In this document: positions 9,397-19,375 of the stretch, piece by piece
Layout: each line of letters begins with the position of its first letter
Numbering within the stretch: the first letter of the stretch is position 1
Assembly (NCBI GenBank): GCA_022712945.1
Contig: JAFLJP010000057.1
Span: 35,449 to 99,448 of the forward strand
Length of the DNA stretch: 64,000 bases
Origin: Gammaproteobacteria bacterium
Lineage (GTDB): Bacteria > Pseudomonadota > Gammaproteobacteria > RBG-16-57-12
Direction: 5' to 3'
Notes under the pieces: model-generated
The model's input: only the letters and a program-made list of their open reading frames with translations
The model's database searches: none
What the model was told of the DNA's origin: nothing
Made by a program: the position numbers and the translations under genes

Positions 9397-11070
9397 TTAG
9401 TTCCTCAACAAACCGAGATCATCCGAGGCCAGTACCAGGGCACGAAGCCCTTCCCGGGTGCCGCTGTCCCAGGTGTCTAGTGGATTGAAATCGTCTGTTA
9501 GAACAATCGGCGTACGCTGGGGCGGGGCGATCGGTTTCGGTGAAAGAATACTGTTGATTACCCGCTCTCTGATGGGCGGGTAGATACGGGAACCAGCGAA
9601 TACTTCGTTGTTCAACTCTCTTTTTGCCCCGTTATAGGCCACCACGATGACATTGGAGATGTTGTTTTCATTCTCCTTGTGAATGGGGTAATACGCCACA
9701 TGCTTAAACAATGGGCGCAATGTTTTGAGAATGGAGTGGATGCCTGCGGTCTCATTTTGGATGTCAGCAATCAGGTTGATGGCAAAAATACCCTCATCAC
9801 TCAGCGCTTTTTTAACTAGACCAAACGCTTCGTAACTGAGCAGTAGCGTCGGGGTCAGGTCACCATTGAATACATCCATGATAACGTAGTCATAGCGCTT
9901 CTGGTTGGTGGCCAGAAAGTAACGGGCATCATTAACGTAAATCTCTCCACTCACTTTCAGATCAAAAAACTCTTTAGCCACATCGACAATCACTGGATCA
10001 ATATCAATCGCATCCACACTGACACCTCGCGCCTCGTAGCGCATGGGCACCACGCCCGCACCCAAACCGATAACCAACGCCTGGCTACCATTGGGGTTCA
10101 GACCATAGGGGATGAATTCCAGTAGGTAGGAGTACTCATAGAGCGACACCCGGTTAACCATGTCAAAGCCCCCCTGGGTGAAGCCATCAATTAGCAGGTC
10201 TCTGACATGCTGATCTCCATAGGTGTAATCAATTACCTTGGTGAGTCCATAATAGCTGCTGAGATTAGCAATCTCCTGAACTCGTGTACCATCCGCTAAT
10301 ACCATATCGACGGGTTTATAGGTCGGCCAGAAAATAACCGGTAACAGCATCAGCAGCAGCATGAGGTAGCGCTTGCGAAACACCACAAAGTAGATGACAG
10401 AAATGCCGATCAATACCGCAGCAGTGAGCATGAACACACTGTCTACGCGAAAGTAAGAGATCAGAAAAAAGCCGGTTGCGGTGGTGCCCACCATGCTGCC
10501 CAGTGTCGACAGGGCATAAAAGCGCCCCACGGTACGTCCAATGAGGTGAAACTCTTTGGTGGCTATTTTAATCAGGTAGGGGGAGACACAGCCCAATACA
10601 AACAGGGGTGGTCCAAATAGAAGGAAGGTGCTAGCAAAAGCGCCCCAGCGTAACCCCAGCGGTATGCACAATTCAATAACGGCTGTTTTGATGAAGGGGA
10701 TCAGCATGACCAGCAGGCCGCTGACCAGGACAATGCCGTAAAGGTTGTCAGGGTGTTCACGTTTATCTGCCCAGTAACCGGCTATCCAGTATCCCAGTGC
10801 CAGACTTAACAGCGCCACTGCAATCAGTGAAGTCCAGACAAACAGGCCCACACCAAAAAAGGGGCCGATGATCCGTGAACCCATCACTTCCACTACCATG
10901 ACAAAGCCACCACATAACACGGCGGTCAGCATTAAATACCTTAAAAACCAAGGGGAATGGATGTTGTTATTATCATCATTCATGGTGTTTCTTATACTCC
11001 GATAGTCAGTCCGCCCATGATATACCGCTGAGCGGATGCTTGACAGTATGCTGGAACGACTTTTTAACAA
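9397..11070 (-). CDS. Fused polytopic membrane domain/spermidine synthase-like aminopropyltransferase
   Basis: The N-terminus has about 8 TM helices. The C-terminal domain has a class-I SAM-fold SpeE-like block (ALVIGLGAGVVPMRY...YDYVIMDVFNGD). The true start may be the downstream Met (MNDDNNN, about nt 10986). Confidence 0.7.
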   Translation of the reverse strand: MLKSRSSILSSIRSAVYHGRTDYRSIRNTMNDDNNNIHSPWFLRYLMLTAVLCGGFVMVVEVMGSRIIGPFFGVGLFVWTSLIAVALLSLALGYWIAGYWADKREHPDNLYGIVLVSGLLVMLIPFIKTAVIELCIPLGLRWGAFASTFLLFGPPLFVLGCVSPYLIKIATKEFHLIGRTVGRFYALSTLGSMVGTTATGFFLISYFRVDSVFMLTAAVLIGISVIYFVVFRKRYLMLLLMLLPVIFWPTYKPVDMVLADGTRVQEIANLSSYYGLTKVIDYTYGDQHVRDLLIDGFTQGGFDMVNRVSLYEYSYLLEFIPYGLNPNGSQALVIGLGAGVVPMRYEARGVSVDAIDIDPVIVDVAKEFFDLKVSGEIYVNDARYFLATNQKRYDYVIMDVFNGDLTPTLLLSYEAFGLVKKALSDEGIFAINLIADIQNETAGIHSILKTLRPLFKHVAYYPIHKENENNISNVIVVAYNGAKRELNNEVFAGSRIYPPIRERVINSILSPKPIAPPQRTPIVLTDDFNPLDTWDSGTREGLRALVLASDDLGLLRN

Positions 11071-11082
11071 TTTTTCAGATTA

Positions 11083-11241
11083 GGGATGTAGAAGAAGTTA
11101 AAGTACCGTTATTACGCCGAATTTTTGTTCACCCTATCTAGGCCGGTATTGGGCGCATAGTGAGCTACGCAACGAATACCGGCCTAGATAGGGTGGGCGA
11201 AAAGACAAGTAAGAGCGGTATTTTAATAAATTCTACATCCC
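11083..11241. mobile_element. MITE1 copy (159 bp), TSD TTA
   Basis: Same TIRs and internal sequence as 6036-6193. TTA lies at 11080-11082 and 11242-11244. The element fills the 177-bp gap between the upstream gene's stop (11248) and the downstream gene's start (11070). Confidence 0.85.
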
Positions 11242-11247
11242 TTAGGC

Positions 11248-11670
11248 TCAATAGAGTAGCCCGTAGTTGGCGATGCCGCCTACGTGGGTAAACAGCCAGA
11301 GGGGAATGAAGATGCGCCCCATTCGTCGGTGTTTCTGGTTGATACGCCGTGCGAGCGGGGATTCCCCCTTATGAAATCGTGCCCAGAGCATCAGTGTGCT
11401 GCCCACTAATGGAATCAGGGCGATTGAGCCGTGGATGATAAGCCAGGTGAGCATGAGCGGGTCGGGCAGTTGGGGCATCTCACCAGGGATCAGGTAGCGA
11501 AGCAGGTAGCTGATAACAAAGGTCCAAGAGCCGACAACCATCAAAATCATGATGATACGGTGGCGCTGGGTGCGGGAATTGACCGCATCACGCCAGGCCA
11601 GTAGCAGCAGCCCGATGGCCAGGATGCTCCAGAGAAGGCCGAAATTTACTGAGAGTTGAGTGAAAGTCAC
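11248..11670 (-). CDS. Small 4-TM membrane protein (DUF420-like), function unknown
   Basis: 140 aa with four hydrophobic helices. The family assignment is tentative. Confidence 0.4.
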   Translation of the reverse strand: MTFTQLSVNFGLLWSILAIGLLLLAWRDAVNSRTQRHRIIMILMVVGSWTFVISYLLRYLIPGEMPQLPDPLMLTWLIIHGSIALIPLVGSTLMLWARFHKGESPLARRINQKHRRMGRIFIPLWLFTHVGGIANYGLLY

Positions 11671-11725
11671 GTTGCTGATGATCCTCTGTTGTCACATGGT
11701 TTGAGAGTGTGGTTGGTCTAATGAA

Positions 11726-12364
11726 TCACTGTTGACCATTCAGAAAGGGGTTGAACTGCCGTTCGTGGCCAAATGTCGAGCAGGGGCCGTGGCCAGGCAC
11801 AAAGGTGACATCATCCCCCAGCGGCAGCAGTTTTTGGGTGATGCTCTTAATCAGGGTGTTGTGGTCGCCCTTGGGAAAGTCGCTTCGGCCAACCGAGCCT
11901 TGAAACAACACATCACCCACAAAGGCGAGCTGATCGCCGGGGTGGTAGAAGACAAGGTGTCCTGGGGTGTGCCCTGGGCAGTGCAACACCTGAAGCTGCT
12001 GTTCGCCGATCGCTACACTCATTCCCTCTTCAAGCCACTGGTCGGGCTGAAAAACGGTGATTGGCGGAAAGCCGAACATCTCCGCCTGTTGTGGCAAGGC
12101 TTGCAGCCAGAACAGGTCTGACTTATGTGGGCCAATGATTGGTATACCCAGCTGTTTTGCAAGCGCTTCGGCACCACCCACATGGTCCAAGTGGCCGTGG
12201 GTGAGCAGCAGTTTATCGGGGATCACTTGCTCTTCTTCAACGGCAGCAAGTAGTTGCTCAATATTACCGCCGGGATCAATTAATGCTGCTTTTTTACTCT
12301 GTTCACACCAGACCAAAGAGCAGTTTTGCTGGTAAGAGGTGACAGGGATTATTCGATATTTCAT
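11726..12364 (-). CDS. MBL-fold metallo-hydrolase (glyoxalase-II-like)
   Basis: Carries the THGHLDHVGG metal-binding motif and the HCPGHTPGH block. 212 aa. Confidence 0.8.
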   Translation of the reverse strand: MKYRIIPVTSYQQNCSLVWCEQSKKAALIDPGGNIEQLLAAVEEEQVIPDKLLLTHGHLDHVGGAEALAKQLGIPIIGPHKSDLFWLQALPQQAEMFGFPPITVFQPDQWLEEGMSVAIGEQQLQVLHCPGHTPGHLVFYHPGDQLAFVGDVLFQGSVGRSDFPKGDHNTLIKSITQKLLPLGDDVTFVPGHGPCSTFGHERQFNPFLNGQQ

Positions 12365-12392
12365 AACGGTTTGTTAACTCTTTGAGCCTAAA

Positions 12393-12550
12393 GGAAGCTC
12401 TGAATAAGCGGGGTTAGAATTAGGCTGAGCGGGAATTGTTCTCATTTGTTTCGAAATGCGCAGTAATAGTCGCTCTATTGGAGCAATTTTCGGGACAAAT
12501 GAGGGCGATTTCAGCCAGTATAAAATAATCATGACTTGTTCAGAGCTTCC
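12393..12550. mobile_element. MITE2 copy (158 bp). TIR is ggaagctctgaataag...cttgttcagagcttcc, 4-bp TSD is TAAA
   Basis: TAAA lies at 12389-12392 and 12551-12554. The element is about 90% identical, inverted, to 15104-15261. The stop codon (TAG, minus strand) of the downstream ORF overlaps the last base plus the TSD. Confidence 0.85.
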
Positions 12551-13074
12551 TAAAGGGTAATGTTGATCTGCTGTTCGTCATCGTTGATCCACAGCTCACC
12601 ATCCTGAAGTGTACATTGCAGCGACATAGTACGTTTTACCAATGAGCTGAGATTGTCAACATTGGCTTGGTCTAGATGTTTGATGGTGAGGTTGTCAAAG
12701 CGCGCCAGTGTGCTCTGTATCTGTTTCAACCAAGGGGCTGTGGCGCGGGGCTGGTAGGTGTAGATAATCACCTGTTTTGCGCGGTGACAAGCGTGGCGAA
12801 TGCGCTTCTCATCGGGCTGGCCCAGATCAATCCACAGCAAAATTTCATCAATATCACTCTTTTTCCACAGTGCCGGTTCATCTTGAGATGAAAGCCCTTT
12901 GCCGAATTGAAGCGCTGGATCGGCATTAAGGATAAAAGCGAGCAGTCGCACCATCATCCGCTGTTCACTCTCTGATGGGTGACAGGCGATAGTGAGCGGG
13001 TGCTGCGCATAGTAGTTGCGATCCATATCAGTGATATTGATATCCGCTTTATAAATAGTCGAGCTGTTGGCCAT
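12550..13074 (-). CDS. yaeQ: YaeQ family protein
   Basis: The N-terminus (MANSSTIYKADINITDMDRNYYAQHPLTIACHPSESEQRMMVRLLAF) closely matches E. coli YaeQ. Confidence 0.85.
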   Translation of the reverse strand: MANSSTIYKADINITDMDRNYYAQHPLTIACHPSESEQRMMVRLLAFILNADPALQFGKGLSSQDEPALWKKSDIDEILLWIDLGQPDEKRIRHACHRAKQVIIYTYQPRATAPWLKQIQSTLARFDNLTIKHLDQANVDNLSSLVKRTMSLQCTLQDGELWINDDEQQINITL

Positions 13075-13155
13075 TCGGCACTTCCTTCAAATAGAGACCT
13101 TTGCACGATTCATATTTCCCTTGCTGGAACAAAAACTATTTTCCATGCAAAGCTT

Positions 13156-13710
13156 TCAAATAGTATAAATGCCAAATTCCCAGTATTTTTCCCCCGGGTT
13201 ACTTGGGCCGCTCCAGTCATTAGCGATAAGGACCTTTGAGATGTAGCGATTCATGAATCCGTGCCCGACATGAAGAACCGAGCCGCTATCTTTTGCAATG
13301 GCTATCAACTTGTTTGCAGCCTGCAGTGCTCTCTCTTTAGTGAATGCCATCGACTCACCATGGGATGAATAGCCACAAAACCACAGTAATCTGAATAGTG
13401 CCACCCAAAAGAGTGGTGAGGCATTCGGGGTGCGCCACTCTCCGTAGGGCAGCGCCACCTCTCTGAATAGTGGATCAATGTGGGTGATCTTCACACCCAG
13501 CCGTTCAGCCGATGCCACAGAGCGGCACAAATCACTACAGACCACCGCCTTACATGCCTGCGCCATGTTCATGGTCTCGGTTGATGGCTGACTTTTATGG
13601 TCAATTCCGGCGGCATTATAGGCATCAATCCACTGATGAAGCTCACTCGCCTTTAATTTTCCCGAGTAGCCGACGCTAGAAGCTCCGTGCCGAAGCAGGG
13701 TGATTTCCAC
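13156..13710 (-). CDS. Histidine phosphatase family (phosphoglycerate-mutase-like) protein
   Basis: Carries the RHG catalytic motif (ITLLRHGASS). The ORF track starts at 13851, overlapping the upstream gene by 134 nt. An in-frame GTG at 13708-13710 lies immediately before the RHG block, 8 nt after the upstream stop. I take that as the likelier start, by inference. Confidence 0.55.
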   Translation of the reverse strand: MEITLLRHGASSVGYSGKLKASELHQWIDAYNAAGIDHKSQPSTETMNMAQACKAVVCSDLCRSVASAERLGVKITHIDPLFREVALPYGEWRTPNASPLFWVALFRLLWFCGYSSHGESMAFTKERALQAANKLIAIAKDSGSVLHVGHGFMNRYISKVLIANDWSGPSNPGEKYWEFGIYTI

Positions 13711-13717
13711 TGGTGGC

Positions 13718-14635
13718 CTAACTTTTTGGCATGGTGGAGTGCAATACCCGTAAAAAAGCCTCAGGATCAAGAAAGCCCTTACCCCATGTCTCATCCAGGT
13801 CGACATTGGGCAGCATTGAAATGATCTCCTCAAGTGTCTTACCCTGGTCAATCAAATTCTGCATTCGTTCCTTCACCGTCACTAGCATATTACGGTAGAT
13901 CAGTAGCGCTTTTTTATCACCTAATGGGCCGTGTCCGGGGATGATTTTTGTATTGTCATCGGTGATCTTGAGAATATGATCCACGGTGTTAATGATGCCC
14001 GCTATATTTCCGTTACTGGAGGCATCAATAAAGGGGTACAGGCCGTTAAAGAAGATGTCGCCCATGTGAATGATGTTAGCATCTTTGAAAAAGATGATGC
14101 TGTCGCCATCGGTGTGAGCATTGGGCTGGTGGACGACGTGTATCTCTTCATTGTTAAGATGAAAGGTTACTTCGTCATTAAAGGTGATCAGTGGCAGTGC
14201 GGCTTTGGGTGATGCCGGTATCTCCATATTGAATGCTGCTATCACGTTGTCTCGGCTCATGCGCTCACGAACATTGTCGTGGGCAACGATAATCACATTC
14301 TCTTTAGCCAGATTTTCATTGCCACCGGTGTGGTCAAAATGCCAGTGGGTATTGATAGCGAAGCGGATCGGCTGATCAGACAGCTCGGCTATTGCTGCTT
14401 TAATTCTTTCAGTCAATGGTGCGAATTGATCGTCGATAATAAAGACACCATCCTCGCCAACAGAGAGGCCAATATTGCCACCCTCTCCCGTTAACATGTA
14501 GATGCCACTGCCAAGTGGGATTGTTTCGATGGTTGTCTCGCTGAACGAGCCATCACTCTTACCGGCAAATGCGCTGTTAAAAACTGAAAAAAGTATCAGG
14601 CACAGGCCGAATGCCACACGGTATAAATTGTTCAT
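13718..14635 (-). CDS. Periplasmic MBL-fold metallo-hydrolase (subclass-B3-like)
   Basis: Has a signal peptide (MNNLYRVAFGLCLILFSVFNSAFA), the HWHFDHTGG motif, and further His and Asp ligands. Confidence 0.75.
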   Translation of the reverse strand: MNNLYRVAFGLCLILFSVFNSAFAGKSDGSFSETTIETIPLGSGIYMLTGEGGNIGLSVGEDGVFIIDDQFAPLTERIKAAIAELSDQPIRFAINTHWHFDHTGGNENLAKENVIIVAHDNVRERMSRDNVIAAFNMEIPASPKAALPLITFNDEVTFHLNNEEIHVVHQPNAHTDGDSIIFFKDANIIHMGDIFFNGLYPFIDASSNGNIAGIINTVDHILKITDDNTKIIPGHGPLGDKKALLIYRNMLVTVKERMQNLIDQGKTLEEIISMLPNVDLDETWGKGFLDPEAFLRVLHSTMPKS

Positions 14636-14676
14636 CTTAATTATCCTTAAGCTTACAAAAAGTTCTTAACACCATC

Positions 14677-15090
14677 TTAATCAAAGACTTTACGACGTAA
14701 CGCCTTCTGTTTTCCATGACGTGTTTTGCTATCCATACGTTTGCGCTGTGAGTTGCGGCTGGGCTTGGTAGCACGCCGGGTTTTCTGTATGACAGTGGCA
14801 CTTTTTATCAGTTCGGTCAATCGTTGCAGTGCCTCTTCCCGGTTTTGCTCCTGGCTGCGGCTGCTCTGCGCCTTGATGACGATGACGCCCTCTTTATTGA
14901 TGCGCCGATCAGAGAGGGCCAGCAGACGCTCTTTGTAGTATTCGGGGAGTGATGAGGCACGAATATCAAAACGCAGATGAATCGCAGTGGAGACCTTGTT
15001 GACATTTTGCCCGCCACTGCCCTGGGCACGAATAGCACTCCATTCGATCTCATGGTTGGGGATCGCCACATTGTTGGAGATGATTAACAT
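14677..15090 (-). CDS. arfB: Alternative ribosome-rescue factor ArfB (peptidyl-tRNA hydrolase YaeJ)
   Basis: Carries the GGQ motif ([20 protein letters not shown]) and a basic C-terminal tail. 137 aa. Confidence 0.9.
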   Translation of the reverse strand: MLIISNNVAIPNHEIEWSAIRAQGSGGQNVNKVSTAIHLRFDIRASSLPEYYKERLLALSDRRINKEGVIVIKAQSSRSQEQNREEALQRLTELIKSATVIQKTRRATKPSRNSQRKRMDSKTRHGKQKALRRKVFD

Positions 15091-15103
15091 CGCGTTATCT
15101 TAA

Positions 15104-15261
15104 GAAAGCTCTGAATAAGTCATGATTATTTTAGGCTGGCTGAAATCGCCCTCATTTATCCCGAAAATTGCACCAATAGAGCGACTATTACTGCACATTT
15201 CGAAACAAATGAGAACAATTTCCTCTCAGCCTAAATTTAACCAGACTTATTCAGAGCTTCC
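15104..15261. mobile_element. MITE2 copy (158 bp), inverted orientation, TSD TTAA
   Basis: TTAA lies at 15100-15103 and 15262-15265. The stop codon of the upstream gene at 15262-15264 lies inside the TSD. The element ends 14 bp before the arfB ATG. Confidence 0.85.
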
Positions 15262-17316
15262 TTAACAACGAAAACGTCTGACTGCCTGAATAAATGCACG
15301 CGGCTCCCCCGGTTTCTGCTGCGTGGTATAGCGTAGTTGAATGTAGTGATTAAAGAGTGACTTTATCTCTTGGCGCTGTTTGGGTAGTTTGAACATCGCC
15401 TGCTGACAGCGCTGTTTTGGCCCGATCCAGGGGGCGTTATCCACTCCGCATTTGGCGAGCTGATGGCAGAGGGTTTGGTAGGCTTGTTGCAGTGGGTCCT
15501 GCACTCTCTGCCGTTGGTATAACAGGTAGAGTGATAGCAGCGCTAAAAAGCCCAGTATGATAAGCGTCATAAGGCCCACAAGGGTAGATATGTTCAGCTC
15601 ACCCATGCCCAACCGTTCAAACAGCTGTTGCTGTTTTTTCTGATTAAAACCGACCACCCACTGATTCCATTGGTGGTTGGCAGCATCCCAACTGCGCAGG
15701 GTTTGTAACCAGGCGCGAGCCATCCAGCGGGTATCGGGGTTGAACAGCGCATCGTTACGGGTTTCACTAAAGCGGTACTGATCCTCAAAGGCTTCGATGC
15801 GATCGGGTGCGATGGCGCGGGTGGGGTCAACCCGTACCCAACCCTCACCTTGCAACCACACTTCTGCCCATGCGTGAGCATCGGACTGGCGCACCAGCAG
15901 GTAGTCACCCAGCTCATTGTATTCACCACCTTGGTAACCGGTCACAACCCGAGCAGGAATCCCGGCCGCCCGCATCAGGGTGACAAATGCAGCAGCGTAG
16001 TGCTCACAAAAGCCTTTTTTTGCCTCAAACAGAAACTGGTCGATGGGATCGTCACTCTCCAATCGTGGTGGTGTTCGGGAGTAGTAGAAGGGTTGCTGGC
16101 GAAAATAGTCTAGCGCCAGGGAGACCCGCCCCCGGTCACTGGCAGCCTGTTGTCGCCACTGTTGGGCAAGTGCACGGGTTTGCGGATTGCGATGACTGGG
16201 CAGCTGAATTGCCCGTTCGTACTCCTGCATCAGCAGTTGATCGTTCCGGTAGTTGAGTGCAGAGCGGGTGGTGTAGCGGTACACCTCATTAACGCTCTGC
16301 TCACTCAGTAGCAGGAACTCTCTGCGCAATACGCTGTTATCCGGTTGTTCGGTGATAAGGTCCAGCGCAAACAGCCAGCGTCGGTGGTGTGGTTGCAGGG
16401 TCACGGTGTATTCAATCGGCTCACTGAGTGGGGCGACCTCGGGGGCCGCCAGACTATTGAGCAGGTCATTTTTGTTCAGTGCACTCCAGCGGCGGCCATC
16501 GGTTTGCCAAAGCACCGGGCCACGCCAGTAGAGCTGCTCGGCAGCGGGTATTTCACCGCTAAAGGTGACACGAAAGGCCACCTTGTCGGAATCGGCCAGA
16601 TGGCTGATATCACCAATACTCATCTCATCACTAAGGCCGGTTTTACCCGCGCTGCTGCTATTGGGCAGTGCCCACAGCGGCCCCGGTATGCGAGGCACCA
16701 GGATAAACAATATCAGCATCAACGGCAGGGCTTGCAGTAGCAGTGTGCTGGCACTTTTGAGGTATCGGCTCCGCTGCATCTCTCTGTTGTCATCGGGGTG
16801 GTTGAGCACCAGCAGTGCCGCAGTGAGCAGCACCACCACGGCGAGCAGATAGAGGCCGGATAAAATTGATTGGTCGTAAAGAAAGCCGCTGAGCACTAAA
16901 AAATAGCCGAGCAGTATGGTAATGGTGGCATCCCGCAGGGTGCGTAGTTCAAGCAGTTTAAGGCAGAGCATCAGCGTCAGTAGCGTGGTGCCGGCATCCA
17001 GACCATTCAGGGTATGGTATTGGAGATAGGTGCCGGATAGCAGCGCTGCCGCCAGCGTTAGCCTGAAAACGGTGTGGGGCAGCGACCACCTGTTCAGTTC
17101 GCTGAGCAGTCGCCAGCCCAATATTATCAGGCAGATCGTCACCACCCAGCCGGGCTGTCGCAACAGGTGGGGGATGAGGACCAGTAGCAGCGCACCGAGC
17201 AGCCAGATGATTCCGTTGCTCGGAGCCACCTGTTGCTCCTCCCGATAGTGGGCAGGTTTCTGTTTGCGCCACCAGATCATCCGTTTTTCCCGTACAGCGC
17301 CAGCGCACTCAGACAC
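15262..17316 (-). CDS. Transglutaminase-domain membrane protein (TgpA-like, DUF3488 plus transglutaminase core)
   Basis: 684 aa. The N-terminus has multiple TM helices. The transglutaminase core is GFCEHYAAAFVTLMRAAGIPARVVTGY...DAHAWAEVW. It is the third gene of a moxR-DUF58-tgpA arrangement. Confidence 0.8.
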   Translation of the reverse strand: MSECAGAVREKRMIWWRKQKPAHYREEQQVAPSNGIIWLLGALLLVLIPHLLRQPGWVVTICLIILGWRLLSELNRWSLPHTVFRLTLAAALLSGTYLQYHTLNGLDAGTTLLTLMLCLKLLELRTLRDATITILLGYFLVLSGFLYDQSILSGLYLLAVVVLLTAALLVLNHPDDNREMQRSRYLKSASTLLLQALPLMLILFILVPRIPGPLWALPNSSSAGKTGLSDEMSIGDISHLADSDKVAFRVTFSGEIPAAEQLYWRGPVLWQTDGRRWSALNKNDLLNSLAAPEVAPLSEPIEYTVTLQPHHRRWLFALDLITEQPDNSVLRREFLLLSEQSVNEVYRYTTRSALNYRNDQLLMQEYERAIQLPSHRNPQTRALAQQWRQQAASDRGRVSLALDYFRQQPFYYSRTPPRLESDDPIDQFLFEAKKGFCEHYAAAFVTLMRAAGIPARVVTGYQGGEYNELGDYLLVRQSDAHAWAEVWLQGEGWVRVDPTRAIAPDRIEAFEDQYRFSETRNDALFNPDTRWMARAWLQTLRSWDAANHQWNQWVVGFNQKKQQQLFERLGMGELNISTLVGLMTLIILGFLALLSLYLLYQRQRVQDPLQQAYQTLCHQLAKCGVDNAPWIGPKQRCQQAMFKLPKQRQEIKSLFNHYIQLRYTTQQKPGEPRAFIQAVRRFRC

Positions 17317-18230
17317 CGCTCATAATGTTGTTGACCCTGGCCGACCGGAATCTGCGAACCCGGAATCTCCAAACCATAACGAAGGTGATTCTGTTCCGCC
17401 TGCATGACCCAGTAGCACAACTGACTCAATTTACTCTCAACAGGCTGTGCCTCTACCATCTGCCAGTCGAGCTTCAACTCATCTGAACGGTCGCCACCAA
17501 ATTGCTTGGTCAACAGCCCGCGCTCCCGTGCCAATGCCTTCCAGTTGAGGTGGTGAAGTGAATCACCGGGGTGATAGGGGCGCTGGCCGACAAAATCATC
17601 ACTGCCACGCCCCCGGTCACCCTCTCCCCCTTGCTGCTGAAAGGGTACATCAGGCAGACGATGCTGGCCGGATGGCTGGGGGTAAACCAGTGCCGATGCC
17701 TCAAACTGAAGGTGGCTCCAGGCGTGGAAAAGGCCCAAAGGAAAACGGGTGTAGAGGGTGATCCGCTCCATGGGGTGTCGCCCACGGGTAGTTGTCGGGG
17801 CATCGAGATAGATCCATTTGCCTTCTCGGGGTTGCAGGTCGAGCCGCTGCGGCTCTTGTTTTGGCCAGCCTAATTTAATCGCTAGCCGTTGCCGGGGGGA
17901 TGGATTGTAGAGATGAACGGGAAACTTGAGCGGCTCGCCAGCAAAGACCGCTTGTGGGGTGCCACTCCGTAGCTGCAACCCCTGTAGATTTCGAAAACAG
18001 TGCAAAATGGAGATGATAACCACACTGGTGAGCAAAAAGACCAGAAGGTAGGCGAGGCTGTTGTTGTAATTAACGGCAGCTAAAAACATCGCCAGCAGAA
18101 TCATGCCAAAGCTGACTCCGGTCTGGGTGGGGAGAATATAGATACGCCGCTGGGTCAGAGTAATGGTGCCGGACTCCGGCCCCTCGCCGGTAAAAAAACG
18201 GGCCAGATTGAGACGGGCTGAAAGCGACAT
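17277..18230 (-). CDS. DUF58 (vWA-like) protein
   Basis: 317 aa. It sits between the MoxR ATPase and the transglutaminase, with 4-nt overlaps at both ends. Confidence 0.75.
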   Translation of the reverse strand: MSLSARLNLARFFTGEGPESGTITLTQRRIYILPTQTGVSFGMILLAMFLAAVNYNNSLAYLLVFLLTSVVIISILHCFRNLQGLQLRSGTPQAVFAGEPLKFPVHLYNPSPRQRLAIKLGWPKQEPQRLDLQPREGKWIYLDAPTTTRGRHPMERITLYTRFPLGLFHAWSHLQFEASALVYPQPSGQHRLPDVPFQQQGGEGDRGRGSDDFVGQRPYHPGDSLHHLNWKALARERGLLTKQFGGDRSDELKLDWQMVEAQPVESKLSQLCYWVMQAEQNHLRYGLEIPGSQIPVGQGQQHYERCLSALALYGKNG

Positions 18231-19168
18231 CAGGGAATGGCAACCTCGTGGAACAGCTTGAGCAGCGCCTCCCCACCGTAGTGCTCACCCGACTGCGGAT
18301 TGGCCAGGCGGTGGCCTGCAACGTAGGGGAGTGTCTGTTGCAAATCCTCGGGTAGCAGATAATCACGCCCCTCAATAAAAGCCCACGCCTTGGCCGCCTG
18401 TAGCAGTCCCAGCCCCGAACGCGGTGACAAGCCACTGGCGAAGTGGGGAGCCTCGCGGCTGAAACCGAGCAGCGCCTGAAGGTAGTCGAGCAGTGCCTCG
18501 GAACACTGCACCTCACTCACCTGCTGCTGTAGGGTCAACAACTGCGCCGTGGTGATCACCGCAGAGAGTGTATTGAGGCGCTCACGACCACTGTTACCCG
18601 CCAGCAGTTGCCGTTCGGCAGCGGCATTCGGATAACCCAATTGAATACACATCAAAAAACGATCCAGCTGTGACTCGGGTAGTGGAAAAGTACCAATCTG
18701 AAATGAGGGGTTCTGGGTGGCGATAACGAAAAAAGGATTGGGCAGCGGGCGTGTCTTACCCTCAATGCTCACCTGTTGCTCCTCCATCGCCTCCAGTAGT
18801 GCGCTCTGGGTTTTGGGTGTGGCGCGGTTAACCTCATCCGCCAGCAGCAGCTGCGAAAAAATCGGCCCCGGATGAAAATGAAACTCGCCACTCTCCCGTT
18901 CATAAACCGCACTGCCAAGAATGTCAGCGGGTAATAGATCACTGGTAAATTGAATGCGGCTGTACTTCAAGCCAAGCGTAGTCGCCAGCGCGTGGGAAAG
19001 GGTGGTTTTACCCACCCCAGGAATATCCTCAATCAGCAGATGCCCCCGAGCTAACAGGCAGGAGAGCGCCAGCTTAAGAGGAACCTCTTTGCCAAGAATA
19101 ACCGTATTAAGCTGCTGTAAGATGGAGCGAATCGTGGTTTGCATGGTTGATACCTGAGTTATTGCCAT
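18230..19168 (-). CDS. MoxR-family AAA+ ATPase
   Basis: Carries the Walker A motif GVGKTT, the LLADEVNRATPKTQSALLEAMEE block, and a sensor region. 312 aa. Confidence 0.9.
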   Translation of the reverse strand: MAITQVSTMQTTIRSILQQLNTVILGKEVPLKLALSCLLARGHLLIEDIPGVGKTTLSHALATTLGLKYSRIQFTSDLLPADILGSAVYERESGEFHFHPGPIFSQLLLADEVNRATPKTQSALLEAMEEQQVSIEGKTRPLPNPFFVIATQNPSFQIGTFPLPESQLDRFLMCIQLGYPNAAAERQLLAGNSGRERLNTLSAVITTAQLLTLQQQVSEVQCSEALLDYLQALLGFSREAPHFASGLSPRSGLGLLQAAKAWAFIEGRDYLLPEDLQQTLPYVAGHRLANPQSGEHYGGEALLKLFHEVAIP

Positions 19169-19375
19169 GTGATCGGCTGATCATTCCATAGTTTTAGTCA
19201 GGGCGGGGCACCAAACTTAATAGCCACCAGATTTGGCTGGTGGTGGTTGAGCGCATTGGTGTCACAGGGGAATTTATGGGGAAGTCCCGTACCCGTGATT
19301 ACGGGTGGCTGAATAAATATTTCCTGTGGAATCAAGAGGCAAGTGAGATTGTACATAATTTATGAATGATCCGGG

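Noticed and set aside
9380-9400. T-run after the glgP stop as a possible terminator
   Set aside because: No preceding GC-rich hairpin. The convergent gene's stop is 7 bp away.
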